From assembly GCF_018350175.1 (NCBI RefSeq), contig NC_058368.1, positions 215,204,001-215,268,000 of the forward strand: DNA of 64,000 bases, written 5' to 3'. The stretch comes from Felis catus. Lineage: Eukaryota. Both the position numbers and the translations under genes were made by a program. Position 1 is the first letter of the stretch. Each line of letters starts with the position of its first letter. The notes under the pieces were generated by a model. That model was given only the letters and a program-made list of their open reading frames with translations. It was not told where the DNA came from and did no database searches. This document shows, piece after piece, positions 52,283 to 64,000 of this stretch.

Positions 52283-53199
52283 CTTTCTTCCTTCTTTAGG
52301 AAGCCCTAGATTGCTATATACTTTCCTCTTATGACTGCCTTTGCTGCGTCCCAGAGGTTTTGGGTTGTGGTGTTATCATTTTCATTGGCTTCCATGTACT
52401 TTTTCATTTCCTCTTTAACTTCTTGGTTAGCCCATTCATTCTTTAGTAGGATATTCTTTAGTCTCCAATTATTTGTTAACTTTCCAAATTTTTTCTTGTG
52501 ATTGATTTCAAATTTCATAGCGTTGTGGTCTGAAAATATGTATTGTATGATCTCAAACTTTTTGTGCTTGTTGAGGGCTGATTTGTGTCCCAGTATGTGG
52601 CCTATTCTGGAGAACGTTTCATGTGCACTGGAGATGAATATGTATTCTGCTGCTTTAGGATGAAATGTTCTGAATCTATCTGTTAAGTTCATCTGGTCCA
52701 GTGTGTCATTCAAAGCCATTGTTTCCTTGTTGATTTTCTGATTAGATGATCTGTCCATTGTTCAAGTGGAGTGTTGAAGTCTCCTACTATTATGGTATTA
52801 TTATCAATGGGTTTCTTTTTGTGTGTGATTAATTGATTTATATATTTAGGTGCTTCCATATTGGGCACATAAATGTTTACAATTGTTAGGTCTTGGTGGA
52901 TAGACCCTTTAATTATGATATAATGCCCTTCATCGCTTGTTACAATCCTTATTTTGAAGTCTAGATTGTCTGATATAAGTATGGCTACTCAGGCTTTCTT
53001 TTGTCGATCATTAGCATGATAGATGATTCTCCATCTCCTTACTTTCAATCTGAATGTGTCTTTAGGTGTAAAGTGGGTCTCTTGTAAACAGCATATAGAT
53101 GGATCTTGTTTTTTTATCCATTCTGTTACCTTATGTCTTTTGACTGTAACATTTAGTCCATTGACATTTAGAGTGAGTCCTGAAAGGTAAGAATTTATT

Positions 53200-53320
53200 G
53201 TTGTGGAAGGGGGGATGGGCTTAATGGGTAAGGGACATTAAGGAATCTACTCCTGAAATCATTGTTGCAGTATATGCTAACTAACTTGGATGTAAATTAA
53301 AAACATAAATTAAATAAAAA
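53200..53320 (+). mobile_element. Felid L1 3' terminus and A-rich tail
   Basis: ggggggatgggcttaatgggtaagggacattaaggaatctactcctgaaatc...ttggatgtaaatt. Confidence 0.9.
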
Positions 53321-53327
53321 ACATTTG

Positions 53328-53530
53328 TTAATGTTTATTTATTTTTGAGAGACAGAGACAGAGCATGAGTGGGGGAAGGGCAGAGAGAGAGGGAGACACA
53401 GAATCCAAAGCAGGCTTCAGGCTCTGAGCTGTCAGCATAGAGCCCAACGGGGGCCTTGAACCCATGACATGTGAGATCATGACCTGAGCCAAAGTTGGAT
53501 GCTTAACTGACTGGACCACCCAGGCACCCC
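53328..53530 (-). mobile_element. CanSINE
   Basis: Reverse SINE directly abutting the L1 tail. Confidence 0.94.
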
Positions 53531-53899
53531 CCTCCCCCCAAAAACAAAGCGAAACAAAACACATTTTTTTAAAAGTTGGCATCAGGTTATTAAATCTGAG
53601 GTTCTTGGTAACAGAGAGAGGAATCTTGGGTTAATTTGGTATTTTGCCCTGAAACCATTGTTATCAGTTCAGACGCTCAGGACTGGGCTATCAAAATGCA
53701 CACAGAAATGTAAAGTTCAAGTTATCAATCTGTAATGATAATCAGGAGCAACAGAATAGACATTATGGAGCAGAACACATATAGGAGCAGAGCAAACCTG
53801 TAGAGAAGAGTCATCATCTGCAAAGCAGATTGCCACAAAGGCCTGATTTATGTGTGTATCCCACTGGGAGTCTTCCTCATTAGCAGATCCTCATTTGTA

Positions 53900-54078
53900 G
53901 GTTAGTGAGGTCTTGACTGTACATCAGACTCACATGTAGATGTTTTACAAATATGAATCTGTCCTAGAATCACTTGAGAATGTTTAAATCTAAATTTCTA
54001 GGGTGAGATTCAGGCAGCTCTGTTTATTTTCAAAGATTCCCAATAATGCTAATGCCCCTACAAGTTTGAGAAGAAGCT
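53900..54078. mobile_element. MER5-like hAT remnant
   Basis: ttgactgtacatcagactcac...ttcaaagattcccaataatgctaatg...agtttgagaa. Confidence 0.45.
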
Positions 54079-54344
54079 CTTGGTGGGTCTCTTTTCACAT
54101 AGTTTACATGCTTCTCTGACACAATGTGCTCCCCCATGTTCATTTCTGCTGTAAGTTGACCTAGGTGAGCGTCTTAACTACATATTTAATTCTTATTCCC
54201 ATGTTAAGTTTAAATGAAGTGATTTTGGTAAATATGCTATGTTAGGAAGAGTGATATAAAGCACCACTCCCAGTGTTTAGAGGTCAGGTGCCTACCAGAT
54301 GCATTTACCTATAGATAGTCCAGAGGCCAGAAATCAGCACTAAC

Positions 54345-54740
54345 CTTCCATCCTTTCCATGTCTTCTGCAGTTATTTTAGTTAAACCCTCATTACATCTC
54401 ACCAGGACTATTGTTTTAGTTACCTAATTGGTGCTCCTGTCTCTATTCTCTTACTTTTCTAATCTATTCTACACAGTCTTGTCAAATTAATTTCCCTAAA
54501 TAACAGTTCTATTCTGGGCATAGTCCTGTTCAAAATCTTTGCCTACTTACTAAAATACAAATGTTATTCAAAGCCTCTAAGCCCAAGTCTACATCTATAC
54601 TTTCAATTTAATAGTTCTCTACCCCTATTCATACAATGCTCCCCAGTCAAGCTAATTGTCTCCAAAATGGCCTCATGGTTTTCTGATTATTTGATCCAAA
54701 AAAAGTGCTGCTTTCTTTCTGGAATACATTTCCCCACCAA
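54345..54740 (+). mobile_element. L2 fragment
   Basis: ctcattacatctcaccaggactattg...cctaattggtgctcctgtctc...aatctattctacacag. Confidence 0.6.
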
Positions 54741-56797
54741 AATAACTTTAACCCCCAAGAGGGGGCTAGTGACCCATGTCTGAACACACAGGTTTTTATT
54801 TTTGTTTTTTCCTTGTTTAAGTGGTTACTTGTTCGTAAAGAGAATCCCTCCCAACAGGAAGCTAATATGGTCTTTATGTCCCATCTCTCATTGATATATA
54901 CCGATGGCTAGAATCAAATTCTACCATGACCCTTCAGTCAAATACAGACTGGAATACAATTGAAGAAGAGAAAACATTTATGCTAAAAAGGCCACATTAT
55001 ATTTACCAAAAGGTAGGGATTTTAAATAACAACCAATAACAATAACCAATCAATAACAACAACCAACCAATAACAACAAAAATCTTGGGGAATATTTAAA
55101 AATGGTCTGAATCCGATAAGTGATTTCATATATGAAAACATCTGCATTTGGAATGCTTATTTGAAAACTGAGTATTGTGCTTCCACTTTCTCTGGCTGAT
55201 TAATAAAAACCTTAACTAATCATTGACTCTGTTTAAAGTAAATTGAGGGGCCAGATAGCCTCTGCTAAAATGCAGAGAAAATACTCTAAATAACTATGAA
55301 TTAAGGAATTTTTTATGTATAGTGTACTGTATTCTTACCCTCAAGGAACATTTCTTTAAAATACTCTCGAATATATATTTCTTGACATATATTTGATGCA
55401 TACATTTGTGTGGAAAGCATCAGCCTGTTGAAATGCTCTTTAGTGACTGATTGATCTTTTGAATGAGGATGCTTAGGAGAGCATCAGCTTATGGGCTTCC
55501 TGATATCAGCGAGAATGGAATGTTAGAGGTTTTGGAAGGTAGCCATAAGATTAATGTAAGTGGCAAATTCCTACCGTTGGGATAAGTCAGCTCTCCATTT
55601 CTGCACCTCAGTTTAGTCATCAGAGATCTTAATCATCTAGCCATTTCACAGGATGCCACACTTTATTAAAGAGATCACACCTATGTGTTTTGGAGAAAAA
55701 AAGAATTAGGTACCCTAAACACAATAGTAACCCTGCCTGTGTACTAGATAATAAAAGGTCAATTCTATTAAAAGAGCATATTCTATCTCTGTAAGGTTTC
55801 AGGCCATGGAGTGTTATGTTAGCATAAAGACTATGCCAAGTTATTCTCTCCTTAGTGATGGACAAGGTGATTACCTTGTTGCTCCATTAACAAAATAGCT
55901 TAATAATGTCTGGTATCTTCTTTTGAGCCACCGTGGGTGCTTTGTTGCATGAGCGATGAAAGCAAAAAAATTACAGATCATATTACTGATGGGAAATTAA
56001 AGTAAAAACATTTCTAAATACATTATGGCTACCAGCTGGTCCATTGTGTGGGATGCTTATCTCATTCTACCATAAAGAGCTGAGGATTCAAAACTACTTA
56101 AGAGTTTGGTAGAATTTCAGGATTTTTGCCTGGGCCACACTCAAATAAAAGAATCACAATGGAAAATTCAAAAGGCTTAAGACATTTCAGGACATTAAGT
56201 ATTCTCTTTGGGAAAATACTTATTGTTTATACTAGGCTTTGGGAGAAACTGAAGATGTCTATACCTGAAAAGGTAAATATAGACATGACCTGAACCAATT
56301 CAAACATGAAAAGCCTGGAGGAAGTTACCTGAAGTCTTCCATTTACAGGCACACCAGGTCCTGCCACAAAGACATTACAAGTTCACACTTGTCCTCTCTC
56401 TGGTTCCCCATGAAGACTAAGTGAGGTCAAGTGTCCATACCTGTCCATAAATCCCTCTGCTCTATGCCTGTACCAGCTGCAAGATGGCTGCTTGACCTCA
56501 CAGAGACAGTTGTACATGTCTTAGCCAGAAAATGAAAAAAAAAAAAAACAGTAACATAACAGGATTTGAGGGTTCAATGGAGTATGAAAAAATAAGTCAT
56601 CCTCGATGTTGGGACTTCTCTTCCAAGCAATAGAAATTCAGTTCCATTTTCTTCATATATGTTTCATTTTATCTTTTTGCTTCTGCAAAAATTTCTCATC
56701 AAGGGTGACCAGGTTCTCTTGTGAGAAGAGACTAATGTCTTATAGAGATGAAGGTTTTTGCTTTCTTTTATACATTTATCTGTACTGTTTGTTTTTC

Positions 56798-57010
56798 TTC
56801 TTTTTTAAATGTTTATTTATTTTTGAAAGAGAGAGAGACAGAGTGTGATCAGGGGAGAGGCAGAGAGAGAGGGAGACACAGAATCTGAAGCAGGCTCCAG
56901 GTTCTGAGCTGTCAGCACAGAGCCTGACATGGGGCTTGAACCCACAAACCATGAGATCATGACCTGAGCTGAAGCTGGACGCTTAATAGACTGAGCCACC
57001 CAGGCGCCCC
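56798..57010 (-). mobile_element. CanSINE
   Basis: Imperfect TSD tgtac(t/a)gtttg(t/a)ttttct. Confidence 0.95.
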
Positions 57011-57441
57011 TGTACAGTTTGATTTTCTAGCCATGTATATTCATTTCTTTGTGTCAATAGCAGTTACATAAATGGTGACTTCAAAGCCATTTTAAGTATG
57101 TATTTTATAATTCTCTACCAAAAACACTGAAATGTTACTAAAAATAAGTAAATGCAAGAGTACTACTGTAGAGAGAATTGGGGAGGTAAGACAAAGGAGA
57201 AGTGAAAAGAATGTAAGAATCCTGGATACTACATAAAACAAATCAAGAAATACAGATATGTTATAAAAAGATTTACAAGTAGTACTATTACTAAAAATAA
57301 TAGTATGAAATTCGGGAAGGAGAGTAATAGGAAGTGGGGTGAGTGTATTTGAAATAGAGGTAGAAACATATGTTCTAGCTATGGAAGGAATCACTTTTTG
57401 ATCTTAAAAAATAAAACTTATAAAAGTGTTACCTCCTAGAA

Positions 57442-57666
57442 CAATGATTCTTAACTGGGGAGCAAATTTTGCCCCAAGGGACATTGGTCAATGACTGAAG
57501 ATATTTTTTTTGTCTCATACAAAGAGAGAAGATAGATGCTATGGGCATGCATTGGTAGGGGGCAGGGGATCCTGTAAAATATTCTATAATGCACAGGACA
57601 GTTCCCCCCCACACACAAAAATTGTCCAGTCCAAAATGTCAGTAGTCCTTAGAATCAGAAAGCCTT
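57442..57666 (+). mobile_element. hAT-Charlie MER20-like element
   Basis: caatgattcttaactggggagcaaattttgccccaagggacattgg...ataatgcacaggacag...ccaaaatgtcagtagt. Confidence 0.85.
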
Positions 57667-59138
57667 TTATAGATAGCACTGTTAGGATAGTGGGGAAAGA
57701 AGAGAAGGCAAATTTTTACTTTCATCTATTTGTAATGTTAGAATTTTCATATCTTTTATTATTTCCATATTCATCTTGTGGTTAAAGATTCATTATGTTC
57801 CAGAAAAAAATTTTGAAAACACACCCACATCTACATATGTAGATGACATTTTTATTTGAAAAAAAAATCCCAGAAGAATCAAAGATTACAATTAAATACA
57901 CACATACATGAAGAGATAAAATCCAAGTTGTCCTCAGAATTATCCTCAAATGACCTTCCAGTTATCCTCCAAAGTACTAAGTCCTGGAAGATAAGCTCCG
58001 TGGACCAATTGCCTTTTAAGGAAAGAGGTTTGATCCCAAGAATTCACTTTCTATCCTACTCGTTATTTATATGTAAACAGAACATAATTGGAATCTTAGG
58101 TTTCACTGGCTGTTTTGGTTTTCAGAATTGTGCAAAGGTGACAAAATTGGGCCTGTGCGAGTCAGTCTCATTACATTGTTCCAGAAGATTCCTTAGTAAA
58201 CATGTAGTTTGAGGAAAGAATGGGTTGTGCCTTTTCATCTCCCCTCCCCAAGGTGCTTCTTCCCTTATATGGCCTCAGAAACAGGTGTCAAGAACATCTT
58301 TTCACATACTGGGAACACTGGTTTCTCTTCTTGGCTGATGCATGCTGAGCCCAAAGATGTCATATGTTCACCAAACAATTCAATCAGAAGTCAAAATTGT
58401 TCTTAAGAAAGCATGATACATGTTCCAGAAGTTTTCTGGGATTGACTTGCACTGATAAAATGGGGGCTTGCCTCTTGTCAAAACAAACCAGAATATGGGT
58501 TGTCATCTGAAGCAGCTTAAAACATTAGGCCAAGAGAGAGGGTTGCAGTAGAAGCAGCCTGCATTTACCGAGTTTGACATAGCTAACATATGTGTGTTTT
58601 CCCTGGGGCCGAGAAGATAGCCTAAAACACAACCAGCGTAAGGTATCTGCCAGCTAGAACAGGAGAGAACTGTTGGAGTCAAGGAGTGCATAGCCCTTAC
58701 CAGGAAATGATGTATGGGGATGGTGGGGCTCAAAAATTCACTAAAATAATAAAATATATAGCATTTGGGTACCTGTCATAACAGTGGATCGGTCATAGAC
58801 ATCAGTCAACTGCAAATAGTACCAACTAACTACAATCATGTTACTCCTATTTTTCTTATTCCCTCTCCTTCAGATCTGACCATGGAGAGTTAGAAGTCAG
58901 AATATGAGGAGAAACATGCAAAACAGGGCCATTTCCTATTTTTCCACCAAAATGTTTAGGCTGTGGAAAATGTTTACATGTGGTATGAGGTTAAAGTTAG
59001 AGCACAGACCAAATCAGATTTCTTCAATGCAAATAAAAAAAAAAAGGACATGATTCAAGACCCTAAAATGTCCAAAAAACAAAACAAAACAAACAAACAA
59101 AAAATGAGGACAAGAGAAAAGCTTAAGTTGTTAATTAG

Positions 59139-59139
<1 letters not shown>

Positions 59140-59183
<44 letters not shown>

Positions 59184-59205
59184 TGTGTGTGTGCATGCGT
59201 GTGTG
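59140..59205. repeat. (TG)n microsatellite
   Basis: Directly visible. Confidence 0.93.
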
Positions 59206-59635
59206 CATGGGAAGTTACACCAAAATAAATAAGAAAAAAGAAGATTCCAAAATGAAGCTTTACACAAACTATATCCCTTAGAAAGCAATGCTAGCCAGTC
59301 ACGTCATGACTCAGAAGCCATTTTCCTATGCATCCTCACCAGCCAGAAGCTGTGTGTTCATTGACAATGTAGCAAAACCTGAGGGGGAGCCAGGCACAAT
59401 TGCCTTTTGCTCCTGGGAGTTGTCAGAAGGGCATACACAGTAGAGAATCTTCTGAAGAACACTGATAAAGCACTCACAAGGGAAATGATCAGCTTTAACC
59501 CCATCAGGCCTGGAGAGTCCAATGTTATCTTGTAATAGGTCTAATTAAGTAAGAAATTTCCACTTTTTTTTTCCTTCACATTGCATCTTTATGCATTTTC
59601 CTTAGACAGAAAACTACAGCCAGTTGCAAGAGAGA

Positions 59636-59671
59636 TTTGAAAATAGTTTTGAAAATAGTTTTGAAAATAGT
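59636..59671. repeat. Perfect 12-bp tandem repeat, three copies (tttgaaaatagt)
   Basis: Directly visible. Confidence 0.9.
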
Positions 59672-59857
59672 TGCCCATTCTGTATTTCCAGACTAAAGTT
59701 TCTCACCTGCTGAGTGAAAATTTAATTATCAAATCGGCTCTGTTTTCAACCCGAGCAAAGGAATAACCTCAACATGAAAGAAAAGTGAGATGGAAATATT
59801 ATTATATGCTGATTATATGTCATGAATTGTGTTGGTTCCAAGTACCAAAATTGTGGA

Positions 59858-59859
<2 letters not shown>

Positions 59860-59899
<40 letters not shown>

Positions 59900-59903
59900 T
59901 GTG
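59860..59903. repeat. (TG)n microsatellite
   Basis: Directly visible. Confidence 0.93.
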
Positions 59904-60036
59904 CAGAGAGAGATAGAGAAAAACAGAGAAATATTGGTTAGAGGCCCTTATTTCATGCAATTTAAGAATATATAGAAGACTAAAGATTGGGGAAATGTGT
60001 TCAGATAATTAGTGATTAGTTCTATAAACTATAAGA

Positions 60037-60252
60037 CAGAGGTTGATAATCTGGCTCACTGGCCAAATCCCACTCACCACCTACTTTATAAATAAAATTT
60101 TATAAAGACACAACTGTGCTTATTCATTTATATATTGTCTATGGTTGCCTTTATAGCACAAAGGCAGAATTGAGTAGTTGGGATAGTCTGGCTGAAAAAA
60201 CCTACATTATTTACTATCTGTTCATTTGCAGGAAAATTTTTCAATCCTCTTG
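60037..60252 (+). mobile_element. hAT-Charlie MER58A-like element
   Basis: tattgtctatggttgcc...ggcagaattgagtagttg core; perfect 8-bp TSD ctataaga at 60029-60036 and 60253-60260. Confidence 0.85.
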
Positions 60253-61479
60253 CTATAAGAAATTAAAAGCAATGAGAGATTTTAGGTTAAAATTATGAGT
60301 TGACTATATACATATAATTTCACCCTCTCTGAAACTTTGCTAAAGTGATTAAGGAAAAAAAAGATTAAAAAGAAAGTGAATCATTAGAAGGAAGGGAGGA
60401 CAAAGGAATATATTATACATCAAAAAATATTGAAAGCTAAGAAAACAGATGGTTCAGTGTTAACAGAAATTAACAGAACTAATAATACTGAATTCTAAGC
60501 AGGAAATTGGGAAAGCTGAGAAACAGAAATATTTTATAGTGCAGAATCCTTAAAAAGTTCATAAATGGTAACAACGGAAATAGGGATGAGGGAGAAAGTA
60601 ATTTTGATAATGTTTGGCTGAACTGAATGTCAAGACATTAAAGATGTGGGATCCTTTTATGTATATTAATGTTAAAGTCTGGTCCCTCTCATTGGTCAAG
60701 ATTCTGGAAAGACCATATTGATCTCTGTAAAATATCTGTGATGATGATAGAAACTATTGTATCTCCAGAAAGCTATACAAGCCTTTATTACTGGGGTTGC
60801 CTCTGGGGAGAAAATCTAGGTATCCTGGTGAAGGTTATGAAGAAGATTTATTTTTATTGATTTGACCTTCTGTACCTTTGGCAGTTTTTTCATGAACATT
60901 TATATATCACGAATCAAAAAGCAATGATATAAAAAGCACCTCCCAAAAAGATTGTTTTTCTTTTAAATAATGTTTTTACTACCTTTTCCAAGAAGTAAGC
61001 CGAAACTTGATATAATTCTTTTTTCTGGATTTCTTGTTGACAGGAATTATTAAACAATGGATTTTATTTTACAATGCTGAAATTCAAAGTTGTTCAGACC
61101 CCCAGAAGTCCTCCGATGTATTCGGCCTCCCCCACTATCCTGAAATACACATAGTCCACTGATAGGCTCCGTGTGTTCCAAAATGGCTCAATTGGGAAAT
61201 GTAAGAAAGGCCAGCTCTGAGAAATGAGAGGACACTCAACTGCGGATGAAAACATAAGTTTCTTTCTAAGCAAATTTTCTTAAGAATCTCATCTACTCTG
61301 TTCCCAGTTGAGGGTCCTATCTCTCACCTCCTAGAACCAGACTTACACCTGAATATTATGAAGGAAATCTGACATTAGGCAAGTAAGTGTATACACACAT
61401 ATATAAAAGTGTGTATATATATACATATATATATACACACATATAAAAGTATATATATAAATAAATATATATATACATC

Positions 61480-62125
61480 TGATAAGTACTGTTCTATAAA
61501 GGAAAATTGCTATATGCTTGAAGAGCTAACATATTGGCATCTGATGAAGTCAGCCAAGTTATAGAGACTGTTTCTTTGAACACATTACCTTAGAACTGAT
61601 GTTTTAAGAGTGAGTTAGAATTTTAAAATGGAGAGGTAGGGTAGGTAGAATCAATTCTGATAGAGGAAACCACATGTATAAATTATTTATGGCAGAAGAC
61701 AACATGGAATTTTGGTGCATCTCTAAGAAAGGCCCATATGCTTGAAAGGGACAGAACAAGGAAGGATATAGTGGTATGAGGCTGGACAGGAAGCCGGAGC
61801 TATAGGGAAAACCTGTGGGTGACATGAAGAATTTTCCCTTTATCCTGAAAGCAATAGAAGACTTGAAGATTTTGTACACTAGAACCACATGATTTGAATA
61901 ATCTTTTTAAAAGATTCCCTGATAAAATTGAGAGTGGCTTACAAAAGTACAGGTATGGAGAACAGATAGCTTTTAAGAGGGTGCTATAGTACATCAAATA
62001 AGGTATTGTGATAATGTGGATTTATTGGAAAAGGGACTAACACAGAAGGCTTCCAAGATCCAAGGATTCAGTTCGGGAAACTGGAAGTATGATAGAGAAA
62101 TTTCCAAGACAGCGACCACTGGGGA
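61480..62125 (-). mobile_element. L2 fragment
   Basis: gatagaggaaaccacatgt, tttatcctgaaagcaatagaagacttgaagatttt, ttttaaaagattccctg. Confidence 0.65.
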
Positions 62126-62977
62126 ACATTTGTCAAGCATGTACGTTGTGTGTGTTGGGTAACGCTAATAGACAAGAAAGTCACAGGCCCTCCATTCACA
62201 GTATTAAAAACAAAACAAACATAGAATGAGAAACAATTGTGTTATGGATTTTATTACAATACAGGGAACCAAGACACCATTTTTGCTAGGAGTCAGGAAA
62301 GGCCTGCCTACAGAGTGATATTTCAGCAAAAGCCTAAAAAAATTAGAGGTAGCCTTGTGAAATGTTCAGGAATACTTGTTCTAGGCAGACGGGATGCTGA
62401 AGAGAAATTACAGCATGAAACTGAAAGAAGTTGATAATCTTAAATATCAGAGAGGGAGAATAAAAGCCAAAGAAATGTGATAAAAGGAAATGACATAAAA
62501 TGTGGATAAAGATTTTAGGTGAAATTTACTGCAAAATTGTTTAAAGGAGGATATATTTGGAAACAAAGTGAATATTCATGAATCAAAAATGTATAAATAC
62601 ATGGCCTTACATCCTGTGGATGCATATTGTGGATATAGTTAATAGATTAGACATTGTACAGCCATAAAGCATAAAATTGTATATGCAATACAAAAAATGT
62701 TTATGCTTTCACATCAATATAAAATATTATGATTGCAATTAGCAAATCTCTATGGATGATTATAGCCTTTTTTATTATAATTTTATGTATTTTAGAAATT
62801 TCCATAATAAATCTATACTATTTTACTAGTAGTTGAAGCAAATAAAAAGAGAAGGCTTGAAAGTTTCTCGTGGGTTTTAGAAGACTTTCCAATATAACAA
62901 AAATGGAAATAGCTTTATTTGTTTAAGAAGTAGCTCTAAGAAAAAAAAAACAGGAAAGAAGAAATGACTTTATTTAC

Positions 62978-63408
62978 TGTTGTGGGTTGAATTGTATCTC
63001 CTAAAGAGATATGTTGAAGTCCTAACCCCCCAGATCCCCCAAATATGACCTTATTTGAAAATTGGGTTTTGCAATGTAATTACTTAAAAGTAGGGCAGTG
63101 GAGTGAGACCTTACTCCATTATGACTGGTGTTCTTGTGAGAAGACAGACTTTCCCAGAGGGAAGACAGTGTAAACATATGGGAGTATACTTAACAGGGAG
63201 AGAGATTGGAGTAATGCAGCTGTAAGCTAAGAGATGGCAAGAGATGATTTTCATCTCCAGAAGCTAAGTAGGAAAAAAAATATCCAAAGTCCAGAGGAAG
63301 CGTGATTCTGGTGATACCTTGATTTTGGATGTCTTGTGTCAAGCACAGTGAGAAATAAATTTCTGTTGTTTTAAGCCATATCCTGTTATGGCCTTAAGAA
63401 ATTAATTA
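62978..63408 (+). mobile_element. MaLR solo LTR (MLT1B/C-like)
   Basis: tgttgtgggttgaattgtatctcc...tgaccttatttgaaaat...gtgagaaataaatttctgttgttttaagcca. Confidence 0.85.
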
Positions 63409-64000
63409 GCTCAGATGAAATAATTTGTTAACCAACAAAACCACCTAAATCAAGAGCCACTCCTCTCACTTAAAAGGACCACTGAATTCATGTCCAGATT
63501 TTAATTGCACCAGAAAGCAAAGGTATGATTTCGGATGTATGTATATGAGCCTATGTATGTTTTTGTGTCTTTGTGTGTCTATGTGTGTCTGTGGATATCC
63601 AGGAGAAGCACTGTTTAGAAACAGAGAGATGTGTCTTTTTCTGTTTTTCTGTTTGGATTCCGTTAAAGTTTCCTATAGCTTGTGTTTATGTGAAAAGGGT
63701 AGACTAGCACATTTCAGATATTTTTAAATCAAACTGACAATGCTGGTGTGAGGACCACACTCTACGTATCTGATTTATAGTCTCCAAAAGCCCAGCTTTA
63801 CGGTGCTTTGAAACATGGATTGGTTTCAAGATTTACTGATCAAAACATAAAGAAATGCAATCATATTCAAGATGAGAACTGTCTCTGTGACAAATCAAAT
63901 AGTCCCTATTTTATAGGCATTCAAAGACTTCCCACAAACTCAGATTATTTTCCTTACAAGTTTGAAGATAACTTAGCCAAGGAAAATGAATGCTTCCAAG

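Larger units (their letters stand above)
50254..53200 (-). pseudogene. Felid L1 ORF2 (endonuclease through reverse transcriptase), disrupted; inverted part of a twin-primed insertion
   Basis: ORF pieces FSRIGHILGHK...FSDHNAMK (52306-52758) and [20 protein letters not shown]...[17 protein letters not shown] (51223-51792); RT motif reads SADDM near 50586-50600; frameshifts and two nested SINEs. Confidence 0.95.

Noticed and set aside
51223..52758. Functional endonuclease/reverse transcriptase gene
   Set aside because: It has frameshifts, two SINE insertions, no ORF2 ATG or ORF1, and an altered RT motif. It is a dead L1.
2752..56999. Family of similar short ORFs (MAQSVE...QVMIS...SVLTAQSLEPASDSVSPSLSAPP)
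   Set aside because: These are translations of CanSINE copies, not a gene family.
38337..57010. Eight consecutive minus-strand SINEs suggesting strand-specific selection
   Set aside because: Most lie in T-rich antisense L1 sequence, which supplies oriented TTTT/AA targets; over the whole window the split is about 9 plus to 14 minus.
58844..58990. Strong plus-strand splice acceptor (long pyrimidine tract then cag), similar to sites near 32120 and 44815
   Set aside because: All frames close quickly, donors are weak or ambiguous, and no coherent gene model emerges.

Overview
Mammalian genomic DNA, almost certainly from a cat-family (Felidae) genome. It is AT-rich, CpG-poor and intergenic or deep-intronic, and I can recognise no host protein-coding exon, rRNA or tRNA. 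About 23 tRNA-derived carnivore SINEs (CanSINE/SINEC) are present, five of them from the young felid subfamily with perfect or near-perfect target-site duplications (TSDs). The window also holds felid/carnivore and ancient L1 fragments, MaLR/ERV solo LTRs (MLT1, MER34, MER21, LTR16, one probable ancient Gypsy-type LTR), hAT fossils (MER58A, MER5, MER20), MIR, L2 and many microsatellites. The only ORFs with a recognisable protein family are broken L1 ORF2 pieces. Repeat family names are from recall of consensus sequences, not from a database search. I found no convincing new biological system. The observations most worth checking are: (1) a ~300-bp GC-rich foreign segment with no poly(A) inside an old L1; (2) a young SINE with 31 bp of extra 3' sequence inside its TSDs; (3) a perfect 24-bp fold-back palindromic tandem repeat; (4) three 5'-inverted (twin-primed) L1s, two with kilobase deletions and breakpoints near the ORF2 start codon; (5) a strong CTCF motif in an ancient LTR; (6) a few splice-signal-bounded candidate exons.
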